Position numbers and translations under genes: made by a program
Shown here: positions 1 through 7,911 of the stretch, piece after piece
Numbering within the stretch: position 1 is the first letter of the stretch
Layout of the letters: each line of letters starts with the position of its first letter
IMG/VR virus record: IMGVR_UViG_2690316109_000019
Location: 1-33,696 of that record
Source: a virus
Taxonomy: Duplodnaviria; Heunggongvirae; Uroviricota; Caudoviricetes
DNA length: 33,696 bases
Direction: 5' to 3' (one strand)
The notes under the pieces: model-generated
Database searches by the model: none
What the model was told of the DNA's origin: nothing
The model's input: the letters and a program-made list of their open reading frames with translations, nothing else

Positions 1-996
1 TTATGGACGCATTATGGACATTCCTGACACCGGGTTAAGAGTCACTGCATCTTGTAAGAAATCCGGTGCAAAGTGTGCGTAGGTCATAGTTTGCTGAATG
101 TTAGAATGACCCAGGATGCGCTGCAATGTGATTATGTTACCTCCATTCATTATAAAATGTGTGGCAAATGTATGCCTCAAAACATGCACTGCCTGTCCGT
201 CAGGTAAATCGGGTTTTACTTCCCTGAGAGCGTTGCGCACTTTGTAGTAACTGGCATTAAAAAGCCTGCCTGAATTTTTGGTCTTGATCCGTTTAATCAG
301 GTCCTGCGAAACGGGAATTGTCCTGCGCTTTCCGTTTTTAGTTTTCATAAACGTAACCATCTGGTTAATGATGTGTTCAGCTTTTAAATTAGACACTTCA
401 CTCCAGCGTCCACCAGTAGAAAGGCAGACCAGAGTCGCATTTAATTCATCACCATCGAGCATGGATAACAGCCGTGTAATCTCTTCACTGGACAAAAAAG
501 CCATTTCTGTAACAGCTTCACGTAATCGCTTAACCTCACGGAACGGGTTGTGAGAATGGTATTCACCGGCGTCAATTAACTTGGTGAACATCCCGCTCAT
601 TATTGCCAGATGCCGATTTACGCTGGCTGGTTTTAGACCATCGTTCATCATTACAACGCGATAATCAGTTATCGTTTTCTTTGTTAGCTGGTCAGCTCTG
701 GACACTCCCATTTCTGCAAATTTGGCGATTATTGTCGTCAAACGCCCCCGTTCAATATCTCCACGCTCATGTGATTTTCCGTGATATATCCACCATCTGC
801 CTAACAACTCTGTAAGAGTTCGGCGGTCGGCTGGCTTCTCCAGCCACTCTTTGTTGTGGTAGTTAACCAGTACATGACGTTCGAATGCTTGAGCTTCACC
901 TTTAGTTTTAAATTTCCGCCTGATACGTTTTCCATCTGCACCCTGCGGTCTGACGTCCACTTCATAACGACCATCATCGAGCTTTTTAATAGACAT
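1..996 (-). CDS. int: Phage integrase, tyrosine recombinase (P2 Int-like); complete, stop codon at window positions 1-3
   Basis: 331-aa ORF; C-terminal catalytic region with 'HVLRHTFATHF' and 'LGHSNIQQTMTYAHF' (R-H-R-Y tyrosine recombinase signature); sits next to the repressor gene as in P2. Confidence 0.93.
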   Translation of the reverse strand: MSIKKLDDGRYEVDVRPQGADGKRIRRKFKTKGEAQAFERHVLVNYHNKEWLEKPADRRTLTELLGRWWIYHGKSHERGDIERGRLTTIIAKFAEMGVSRADQLTKKTITDYRVVMMNDGLKPASVNRHLAIMSGMFTKLIDAGEYHSHNPFREVKRLREAVTEMAFLSSEEITRLLSMLDGDELNATLVCLSTGGRWSEVSNLKAEHIINQMVTFMKTKNGKRRTIPVSQDLIKRIKTKNSGRLFNASYYKVRNALREVKPDLPDGQAVHVLRHTFATHFIMNGGNIITLQRILGHSNIQQTMTYAHFAPDFLQDAVTLNPVSGMSIMRP

Positions 997-1089
997 AAAG
1001 CCCTCCGATGACGCTGTTTACTTCTACTACTTGAAAATTAATGCAATTTTCTTTCGTACATTTACTGCATACATATGCTGAATAAATCG

Positions 1090-1401
1090 TCAGCCAGTCT
1101 TTTGGTCTGAGTGGTGCAAGGTTGTTGAGTCTTGCCCAATGTGCGCGAGCGCCGGGGCTATTTGTCCGCCAGCGGGATCAGTTTCATCAAACATGAACCA
1201 GTCACGGTACTTGCGAAATCTTTCAGGCTTGAAAAATTTCATGCCTGCGTCAAAAGACATCTTTACTTTTCCCTGCTCATATCCAGCATAGGTGTTGTAG
1301 TTAATTCCAGTTAATTCAGCAACTTGCTTCCTTGTCATTCTTTCTGACTCCCGAATAAGTGCGAGTTTCTCTGCTTGAGATGTGATTTGTGTATTTGACA
1401 T
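1090..1401 (-). CDS. C: Immunity repressor, P2 C-type, with helix-turn-helix
   Basis: 103 aa from the internal ATG (MSNTQ...); HTH segment 'MTRKQVAELTGINYNTYAGYEQG'; C-terminus '...GQIAPALAHIGQ...SDQKTG' resembles P2 C as recalled; same strand as int and divergent from the early operon. Confidence 0.8.
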   Translation of the reverse strand: MSNTQITSQAEKLALIRESERMTRKQVAELTGINYNTYAGYEQGKVKMSFDAGMKFFKPERFRKYRDWFMFDETDPAGGQIAPALAHIGQDSTTLHHSDQKTG

Positions 1402-1432
1402 GAATTGTCGTATCTCGTAATTTATGTTGTAT
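1395..1432 (+). promoter_or_regulatory. Putative early promoter Pe with two 8-bp direct-repeat operator half-sites
   Basis: TTGACA at 1395-1400, 17-bp spacer, TAATTT at 1418-1423; direct repeats TGTCGTAT (1406-1413) and TGTTGTAT (1425-1432) flank the -10, matching the direct-repeat operator arrangement described for P2 C repressor. Confidence 0.4.
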
Positions 1433-1505
1433 GCGACACACCAGAACAACGCAGAGCGGCTTCAAATAGCTCTGGTTGAATGGCACCAAAGTTGAGGATA
1501 TCAAA

Positions 1506-1862
1506 ATGAGTATTGGATCAGAAATGAATAACGATGTTGGAGAAAAAGTATCTGATCTCACAAAAAGTAAAAAATGTGACATCAAACTTGCAGCCGCACC
1601 GTCGGATTTGCTCTCGAAAGAGGGATTTGCTCTTTACATCGGTAAGACGCCTCGTGCTGTTGCTGAAATGGCGAAAGCAGGCAAGTTACCAGCCTTTTAT
1701 ATGACGGACCCATTAAAGCCGGGCGGTCATGCTGAGTTATGGATTAATCGCCGTGAGTGGGACAAGTACGCAGCCCAACTAGTTGATGAAGCTCCGACAG
1801 AATGGCATGACTGGAAAAATCGCATTAGTTACAGCAAATCAAGACATGGCCGTGCGGCTTAA
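1506..1862 (+). CDS. cox: Cox-like excisionase / early transcriptional regulator
   Basis: First gene of the rightward early operon; GAGGAT ribosome-binding site 6 nt before the ATG at 1506; '...FALYIGKTPRAVAEMAKAGKLPAFYMTDP...' parallels the P2 Cox HTH region as recalled; start is ambiguous (in-frame TTG at 1476). Confidence 0.7.
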   Translation: MSIGSEMNNDVGEKVSDLTKSKKCDIKLAAAPSDLLSKEGFALYIGKTPRAVAEMAKAGKLPAFYMTDPLKPGGHAELWINRREWDKYAAQLVDEAPTEWHDWKNRISYSKSRHGRAA

Positions 1863-1872
1863 GGTGGAAAGG

Positions 1873-2043
1873 ATGAACGAGCCTCGTTGTATTGCTCAGT
1901 TATTGCGTAACGAAAGCCCCAGGGCGATTGACTTCACCATTACCCACGGTAAGGGGCGTAAGGGAATCATTATCCGCACCAAAAAACAGAGTCCGTTAAA
2001 AAAGGCTCTGACCTTTCTGAAAAGCCGGAGGGTATGGAAATGA
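1873..2043 (+). CDS. Small hypothetical early protein (orf78 position of P2)
   Basis: 56-aa ORF with an AAGGTGGAAAGG ribosome-binding site immediately upstream of the ATG at 1873; lies between cox and B. Confidence 0.45.
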   Translation: MNEPRCIAQLLRNESPRAIDFTITHGKGRKGIIIRTKKQSPLKKALTFLKSRRVWK

Positions 2044-2540
2044 CAGTGATGACGCTCAATCTCGTTGAAAAACAACCAGCAACTATGCGCCGGATAATTG
2101 GTAAGCATCTTGCCGTCCCTCGCTGGCAGGAGACATGTGATTATTATAATCAGATGATGGAGCGCGAACGGCTAACGGTTTGCTTCCATGCACAGTTAAA
2201 ACAGCGTCATGCAACGATGCGTTTTGAAGAAATGAACGACGTCGAACGTGAACGGCTGGTTTGTGCAATTGATGAATTGCGTGGGGCATTCTCAAAACGC
2301 CGTCAGGTCGGTGCAAGTGAGTATGCATATATTAGCTTTTTAACTGTCAGTCAGCGCCGTACTTTATTTATGCACGCACGACTGACAGAAAAAGAATTTA
2401 ATCAGCCATACTGGCGAATTAATGAAGAGTCATGTTACTGGCGTGATGCTTTATTCCGTGCATTACGTGAATTATTCAGTCTGTTTGAATATGCACCGAC
2501 AATTCTGACGTCGGTAAAACCAGAGCAATATCTGCATTAA
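2040..2540 (+). CDS. B: Replication gene B protein-like
   Basis: 166 aa from the ATG at 2040 (GGAGGG 7 nt upstream), the same length as P2 B; position between cox and A. Confidence 0.6.
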   Translation: MTVMTLNLVEKQPATMRRIIGKHLAVPRWQETCDYYNQMMERERLTVCFHAQLKQRHATMRFEEMNDVERERLVCAIDELRGAFSKRRQVGASEYAYISFLTVSQRRTLFMHARLTEKEFNQPYWRINEESCYWRDALFRALRELFSLFEYAPTILTSVKPEQYLH

Positions 2541-2603
2541 GTAATTAACCAAAGTTTTTAACGCACTTAATCGTGCGGGGCTTCTTTTTGCCTGGAGAAA
2601 GTC

Positions 2604-2816
2604 ATGCATACAGTTTCTGAAAATCAGTGCGGTAAATACGCATTAATGCTGCAACAGGCCAGAACCGAAGCACAGGTCGATGCAGCAACGCGCTTTTCGT
2701 CTCATCTTGATGCCATGATTCGCCACATCACAAAGGCGGAGTTATCCCGCGTGGAGATAGTCGAGTTGCTCAGTCAGGAGTCTGCCAAATTCCATAATCT
2801 AGGACTCAATAAATAA
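2604..2816 (+). CDS. Hypothetical early protein
   Basis: 70-aa ORF with a GGAGAAA ribosome-binding site; part of the tightly packed early operon. Confidence 0.55.
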   Translation: MHTVSENQCGKYALMLQQARTEAQVDAATRFSSHLDAMIRHITKAELSRVEIVELLSQESAKFHNLGLNK

Positions 2817-2830
2817 CAGGGAAGTTGGAG

Positions 2831-3076
2831 ATGACAAATACAAAATGGTTCAGGAAACGCTTAACAGATTATCAACTTTCATTACTTAAAAAATTAGATG
2901 ACAAGACTCCACTACATCCTTCAAGCGATGTCTTCCGCTCCTGTCCTAGTCGTGTGGAAAAAGCATTTATAGCAATGGGGAAATGGGGGCTTGTGACCAA
3001 ATCAAGAGAAGGTTTCTGTATTACCGATAATGGCCGGGAAATGATTGATTCTGCGGAGAGGGCATATAGCGAATGA
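2831..3076 (+). CDS. Hypothetical early protein
   Basis: 81 aa from the ATG at 2831; ribosome-binding-site-like GGGAAG upstream. Confidence 0.55.
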   Translation: MTNTKWFRKRLTDYQLSLLKKLDDKTPLHPSSDVFRSCPSRVEKAFIAMGKWGLVTKSREGFCITDNGREMIDSAERAYSE

Positions 3077-3363
3077 AAAATATATTGCTTAATAACTGGC
3101 TGAAGATTTCAGTCATGAAAAATGGTGATTTGTCGCTAGCTGATATTAAACGCGATAAAAACACTGGGGATATGGTGGAATCAACTATAGCCATTTATGC
3201 GGATAAATTAAATCTCCTGTCTGATGTGGTCAATTTACTTGTTAAACGCGCTGTATTTCATAAGCAAATTTCATCCGTGGATGAGCTGACAAAATTAACG
3301 ACAGAAATCGCCAGTTATTGCGCTGATGAATTTAAGAAACTGAACGACAAAAGGAACTGGTAA
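3073..3363 (+). CDS. Hypothetical early protein
   Basis: 96-aa ORF; ATGA start/stop overlap with the upstream gene (translational coupling). Confidence 0.55.
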   Translation: MKNILLNNWLKISVMKNGDLSLADIKRDKNTGDMVESTIAIYADKLNLLSDVVNLLVKRAVFHKQISSVDELTKLTTEIASYCADEFKKLNDKRNW

Positions 3364-3587
3364 TGCCGGACAACGTAGATTTTATTCAGGAACAACAGGC
3401 TGAATTACTGGAGCGCCAGATTAACGCGGCAAGGGTAAAACATTGCTGTGCTTCTGCGCTGGTTTGCGAAGAGTGTGATGCGCCAATACCTGCTGCCCGT
3501 CGTGCGGCTTATCCGTCAGCCACGCGTTGTGTTTCCTGCCAGTCAGTCTTTGAAGCAAAAAACAAGCATTACCGGAGAATGGCATGA
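3363..3587 (+). CDS. TraR/DksA-family C4 zinc-finger protein
   Basis: 74 aa with four cysteines in 'CEECDAPIP...RCVSC' (CxxC-N17-CxxC), typical of phage TraR/DksA-like proteins; TAATG overlap with the upstream gene. Confidence 0.75.
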   Translation: MPDNVDFIQEQQAELLERQINAARVKHCCASALVCEECDAPIPAARRAAYPSATRCVSCQSVFEAKNKHYRRMA

Positions 3588-3862
3588 GTATTCGTATCGA
3601 AATTGGCGAACGTTATGTCGTTACCAGTGACAGCTTTCAGTTTATTCTCCACGAGAAAAAGAGAGCGGAAAGCGGTAAAAACGCCGGTCAGGAATGGCTG
3701 GCGGTGGTTGGTTATTACCCGAAATTAAGCCAGCTCGTTTCCGGCCTGATGCATCACGATATTCTGACCGGAAGCGCAAAGTCTTTTGCTGATTTAAACG
3801 CGCAGGTTGAGCAAATTAGTCAGCAATGTCTGACTGCATTTAACCATAAGTTCAGCCAATAA
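3584..3862 (+). CDS. Hypothetical early protein
   Basis: 92-aa ORF; ATGA overlap with the upstream gene. Confidence 0.55.
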   Translation: MSIRIEIGERYVVTSDSFQFILHEKKRAESGKNAGQEWLAVVGYYPKLSQLVSGLMHHDILTGSAKSFADLNAQVEQISQQCLTAFNHKFSQ

Positions 3863-3876
3863 GCAGGGGACAGGTC

Positions 3877-4695
3877 GTGAATAACGTTGTTCATTACCAC
3901 GGAACTCCTGTGTGGGGTGATGCAGGAAATGTTCATCGTATTGCTGTGAGTGGTGCAGGGGCATTTGTTTCCTATGCCCGGCCTGACCAACTCGTTGCCT
4001 CATTTAAACATGCTAAGTCCGTGGCGATTGATAATGGGGCTTTTTCAGCATGGAAAAGTGGCCTTGTTATCGACTGGCAGAAGTTTTATCAGTGGATTGC
4101 CCCTCATTATTATCATCCCAAACTGGCTTTCTTTGTCATACCTGATGTGGTGGACGGGGATGAGGCGGACAACGATGCGCTGATTAAAGCGTTGCCTCGT
4201 TGTTTTAGAGAAAAAGCTACTCCAGTCTGGCATCTGCATGAATCCTTGCAACGCCTTGTCGAACTTTGCCGGGAATGGCCTCGTGTTTGTTTTGGTTCTT
4301 CTGGCGATTACGCCACTGTCAGAACTGCACTCTGGCATAGCCGGATGCAGGATGCATTTGAAACCATTTATCTTAAATATGGTTTTAGTACCCGCATTCA
4401 TGGTCTGCGCATGCTTGATGGGCGCATTCTCGGTAATTATCCGCTGCATACAGCAGACAGCACTAACCTTGCCTGTAACGTACCAAAATATCTTATCAAA
4501 TATCCCGAACTGACAAGGGCAATCAGCGAGGCAGACTATACACAAAAACTTTCTGAGAAGGAGTTGAAGGCGTTCATCCTTAAAGGACGGTGTGCAATTC
4601 TGAAAAATTCTGTGGAGTCGGTTTTTCCTCCATCGATTGCTGAATGGGCATCAAATAGCCTTGCTCCATCACAAATGGAGTTAGCTTTCGCATGA
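3877..4695 (+). CDS. Putative TGT-fold protein, DpdA-like 7-deazaguanine DNA transglycosylase candidate
   Basis: 272 aa from a GTG start with an AGGGGA ribosome-binding site; motif pattern 'YHGTPVWG ... AFVSYARPDQ ... AIDNGAFSAW ... TADSTNL' parallels tRNA-guanine transglycosylase 'FMPVGTYG ... LGNTFHLWLRPGQ ... LTDSGGFQ ... DCVMPTRN' (from memory); stop overlaps the start of gene A (ATGA). Confidence 0.5.
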   Translation: MNNVVHYHGTPVWGDAGNVHRIAVSGAGAFVSYARPDQLVASFKHAKSVAIDNGAFSAWKSGLVIDWQKFYQWIAPHYYHPKLAFFVIPDVVDGDEADNDALIKALPRCFREKATPVWHLHESLQRLVELCREWPRVCFGSSGDYATVRTALWHSRMQDAFETIYLKYGFSTRIHGLRMLDGRILGNYPLHTADSTNLACNVPKYLIKYPELTRAISEADYTQKLSEKELKAFILKGRCAILKNSVESVFPPSIAEWASNSLAPSQMELAFA

Positions 4696-6905
4696 CGATT
4701 TATGCTTACTCCTGGAACAAACCAAATGAAGCAATAGGACGCGAAAGATCTCTTACACGTGACGAGATGCGTCAGGTGCAAGGTGTTTTATCCACGATTA
4801 ACCGCCTGCCTTACTTTTTGCGTTCGCTGTTTACTTCACGCTATGACTACATCCGGCGCAATAAAAGCCCGGTGCACGGGTTTTATTTCCTCACATCCAC
4901 TTTTCAGCGTCGTTTATGGCCGCGCATTGAGCGTGTGAATCAGCGCCATGAAATGAACACCGACGCGTCGTTGCTGTTTCTGGCAGAGCGTGACCACTAT
5001 GCGCGCCTGCCGGGAATGAATGACAAGGAGCTGAAAAAGTTTGCCGCCCGTATCTCATCGCAGCTTTTCATGATGTATGAGGAACTCAGCGATGCCTGGG
5101 TGGATGCACATGGCGAAAAAGAATCGCTGTTTACGGATGAGGCACAGGATCACCTCTATGGTCATGTTGCTGGCGCTGCACGTGCTTTCAATATTTCCCC
5201 GCTTTACTGGAAAAAATACCGTAAAGGACAGATGACCACGAGGCAGGCATATTCTGCCATTGCCCGCCTGTTTAACGATGAGTGGTGGACCCATCAGCTT
5301 AAAGGCCAGCGTATGCGCTGGCATGAGGCGTTACTGATTGCTGTCGGGGAGGTCAATAAAGACCGTTCACCTTATGCCAGTAAACATGCCATTCGTGATG
5401 TGCGTGCGCGCCGCCAGGCAAATCTGGAGTTTCTTAAATCGTGTGACCTTGAAAACAGGGAAACCGGCGAGCGCATCGACCTTATCAGTAAGGTGATGGG
5501 CAGTATTTCTAATCCTGAAATTCGCCGGATGGAGCTGATGAACACCATTGCCGGTATTGAGCGTTACGCCGCTGCAGAGGGTGATGTGGGGATGTTTATC
5601 ACGCTGACCGCGCCGTCAAAGTATCACCCGACACGTCAGGTCGGAAAAGGCGAAAGTAAAACCGTGCAGCTTAATCACGGTTGGAACGATGAGGCATTTA
5701 ATCCAAAGGATGCGCAGCGTTATCTCTGCCGTATCTGGAGCCTGATGCGCACGGCATTCAAGGATAATGATTTACAGGTCTACGGTTTGCGTGTCGTCGA
5801 GCCACACCACGACGGAACGCCGCACTGGCATATGATGCTTTTTTGTAATCCACGCCAGCGTAACCAGATTATCGAAATCATGCGTCGCTATGCGCTCAAA
5901 GAGGATGGTGACGAAAGAGGAGCCGCGCGAAACCGTTTTCAGGCAAAACACCTTAACCGGGGCGGTGCTGCGGGATATATCGCGAAATACATCTCAAAAA
6001 ATATCGACGGCTATGCACTGGATGGGCAGCTCGATAACGATACCGGCAGACCGCTGAAAGATACTGCCGCGGCTGTTACCGCATGGGCGTCAACGTGGCG
6101 CATTCCGCAATTTAAAACGGTTGGCCTGCCGACAATGGGGGCTTACCGTGAACTACGCAAATTGCCTCGCGGCGTCAGCATTGCTGATGAGTTTGACGAG
6201 CGCGTCGAGGCTGCACGCGCCGCCGCAGACAGTGGTGATTTTGCGCTGTATATCAGCGCGCAGGGTGGGGCAAATGTCCCGCGCGATTGTCAGACTGTCA
6301 GGGTTGCCCGTAGTCCGTCGGATGAAGTTAACGAGTACGAGGAAGAAGTCGAGAGAGTGGTCGGCATTTACGCGCCGCATCTCGGCGCGCGTCATATTCA
6401 TATCACCAGAACGACGGACTGGCGCATTGTTCCGAAAGTGCCGGTCGTTGAGCCTTTGACTTTAAAAAGCGGCATCGCCGCGCCTCGGAGTCCTGTCAAT
6501 AACTGTGGAAAGCTCACCGGTGGTGATACTTCGTTACCGGCTCCCACACCTTCTGAGCACGCCGCAGCAGTGCTTAATCTGGTAGATGACGGTGTTATCG
6601 AATGGAGTGACCCGGAGGTAGTGATGGTGCTCAGGGGCGCATTAAAACACGGACTGAGAACACCAAATCGTCAGCAAAGAAACGGAATCCCGTTAAAACC
6701 GCATGAAATTGCACCATCTGCCAGACTGACCAGGTCTGAACGATTGCAAATTACCCGTATCCGCGTTGACCTCGCTCAGAACGGTATCAGGCCGCAACGA
6801 TGGGAGCTTGAGGCGCTGGCGCGTGGCGCGACCGTAAATTATGACGGGAAAAAATTCACGTATCCGGTTGCTGATGAGTGGCCGGGGTTCTCGTTACCCA
6901 TTTGA
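4692..6905 (+). CDS. A: Replication initiation protein (rolling-circle nickase, P2 gpA family)
   Basis: 737 aa; HUH-type metal motif 'PHWHMMLF'; paired tyrosines in 'AKYISKNIDGYALDG'; size and position as in P2. Confidence 0.93.
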   Translation: MTIYAYSWNKPNEAIGRERSLTRDEMRQVQGVLSTINRLPYFLRSLFTSRYDYIRRNKSPVHGFYFLTSTFQRRLWPRIERVNQRHEMNTDASLLFLAERDHYARLPGMNDKELKKFAARISSQLFMMYEELSDAWVDAHGEKESLFTDEAQDHLYGHVAGAARAFNISPLYWKKYRKGQMTTRQAYSAIARLFNDEWWTHQLKGQRMRWHEALLIAVGEVNKDRSPYASKHAIRDVRARRQANLEFLKSCDLENRETGERIDLISKVMGSISNPEIRRMELMNTIAGIERYAAAEGDVGMFITLTAPSKYHPTRQVGKGESKTVQLNHGWNDEAFNPKDAQRYLCRIWSLMRTAFKDNDLQVYGLRVVEPHHDGTPHWHMMLFCNPRQRNQIIEIMRRYALKEDGDERGAARNRFQAKHLNRGGAAGYIAKYISKNIDGYALDGQLDNDTGRPLKDTAAAVTAWASTWRIPQFKTVGLPTMGAYRELRKLPRGVSIADEFDERVEAARAAADSGDFALYISAQGGANVPRDCQTVRVARSPSDEVNEYEEEVERVVGIYAPHLGARHIHITRTTDWRIVPKVPVVEPLTLKSGIAAPRSPVNNCGKLTGGDTSLPAPTPSEHAAAVLNLVDDGVIEWSDPEVVMVLRGALKHGLRTPNRQQRNGIPLKPHEIAPSARLTRSERLQITRIRVDLAQNGIRPQRWELEALARGATVNYDGKKFTYPVADEWPGFSLPI

Positions 6906-7165
6906 GTAAAAACACAACGTGATTTGATATGGCATTGAATGGCTTATGCGGAGCAGTTATGGGGCAGCAGAAGGTCAATAGCATGCTGAATTAGAAGGCT
7001 AAATGCTATTGAGTGACTAGCATGTCGGTAAGGACAGCCGTTTGATCCGGGTCATAAAAGGCCATCCATTTAGTCTAATAAAATCATTGCGGGTAACCTT
7101 ATGTCGACGCATAATTCGTCTTGAGCGAAGTCTTGTCAGTCTTTCATCGTATTGATGATGGGCGC

Positions 7166-7197
7166 AAAAAAACCACCCTGGCAGGTGGTTTTTTTGT
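7166..7197. terminator. Bidirectional rho-independent terminator
   Basis: 'aaaaaaaccaccctggcaggtggttttttt': GC stem accacc/ggtggt flanked by an A7 run and a T7 run, so it can terminate both the A operon and the minus-strand small ORF. Confidence 0.7.
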
Positions 7198-7207
7198 TTG
7201 AAGCATA

Positions 7208-7321
7208 TTAAAGCATAATGCTGACATTGATATTACTGACGTTTACTGACAAACCACTCGGACTACCGTTTGGATAGCCAAAGAGGGCCAGAACGAGAAT
7301 GCAGTAATAGCATTTCTTCAT
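7208..7321 (-). CDS. Small hydrophobic protein (37 aa), function unknown
   Basis: Perfect AGGAGG ribosome-binding site 5 nt upstream of the ATG (reverse complement of 'catattgcctcctg' at 7319-7332); peptide MKKCYYCILVLALFGYPNGSPSGLSVNVSNINVSIML; terminator immediately downstream. Confidence 0.5.
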   Translation of the reverse strand: MKKCYYCILVLALFGYPNGSPSGLSVNVSNINVSIML

Positions 7322-7799
7322 ATTGCCTCCTGTAAGTAGAGGGCAACTTCCACCGGTATATGCGCTTCTTAGGTGGAATGACTTTTGAGCGAAGTCTTGC
7401 CCTGAAATAATGCTCTGTTTAAACGCAAAGTGATTTGGCATATCACCGAACAGAGAGCCGGAAAAACACAACATATAGTATGTCGTTGTTTCTAGACATA
7501 CATTCTATGTTGTGTAACAAGGGCTTTGCATTAAACATGTTTGAGATTTTATTGATGTAGCTCAAAGTAAAAAACAGAGACTACGGATGATAAGGTCTTG
7601 AAAGCAATGTAAATTTTTTAAAGTTGCCAATTGCTTAAAAATGTACAGTTGCGGTATGGCGTACTTAAAAAGCTATGCATGCAACCAGTGAATGTTTTTG
7701 CATGCGCTGGGGATGTCCGTTCAGGCTGCGTGCGGTCAGGACTGGTGCGGATCCATAGTATCTATGCAACTGCATTAAAACCGCCCCGTGAAGCGGGCG

Positions 7800-7818
7800 G
7801 GCGAGGCGGGGAAAGCAC
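7800..7818. other. cos site: P2-type 19-nt cohesive-end sequence
   Basis: Exact match to GGCGAGGCGGGGAAAGCAC, recalled as the P2 cohesive end; lies between gene A and portal gene Q as expected for a P2-like prophage. Confidence 0.7.
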
Positions 7819-7911
7819 TGCGCGCGAGGCCTGCAACCACCAGTGTCATCTTTTTGGAAATATGCTAAAGTATTCATAAGGTTGGATATCTGGCGTACAG
7901 TGAGATAGTTT

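Noticed and set aside
1402-1449. N-terminal extension of the repressor ORF (MFWCVAYNINYEIRQF...)
   Set aside because: The extension would run through the early promoter/operator region; the internal ATG at 1401 gives a 103-aa product consistent with P2 C-type repressors
4045-4545. 166-aa minus-strand ORF inside the DpdA-like gene
   Set aside because: Fully antisense to a gene that is translationally coupled to gene A on the plus strand; no ribosome-binding site; Cys-rich low-complexity translation typical of an antisense artefact
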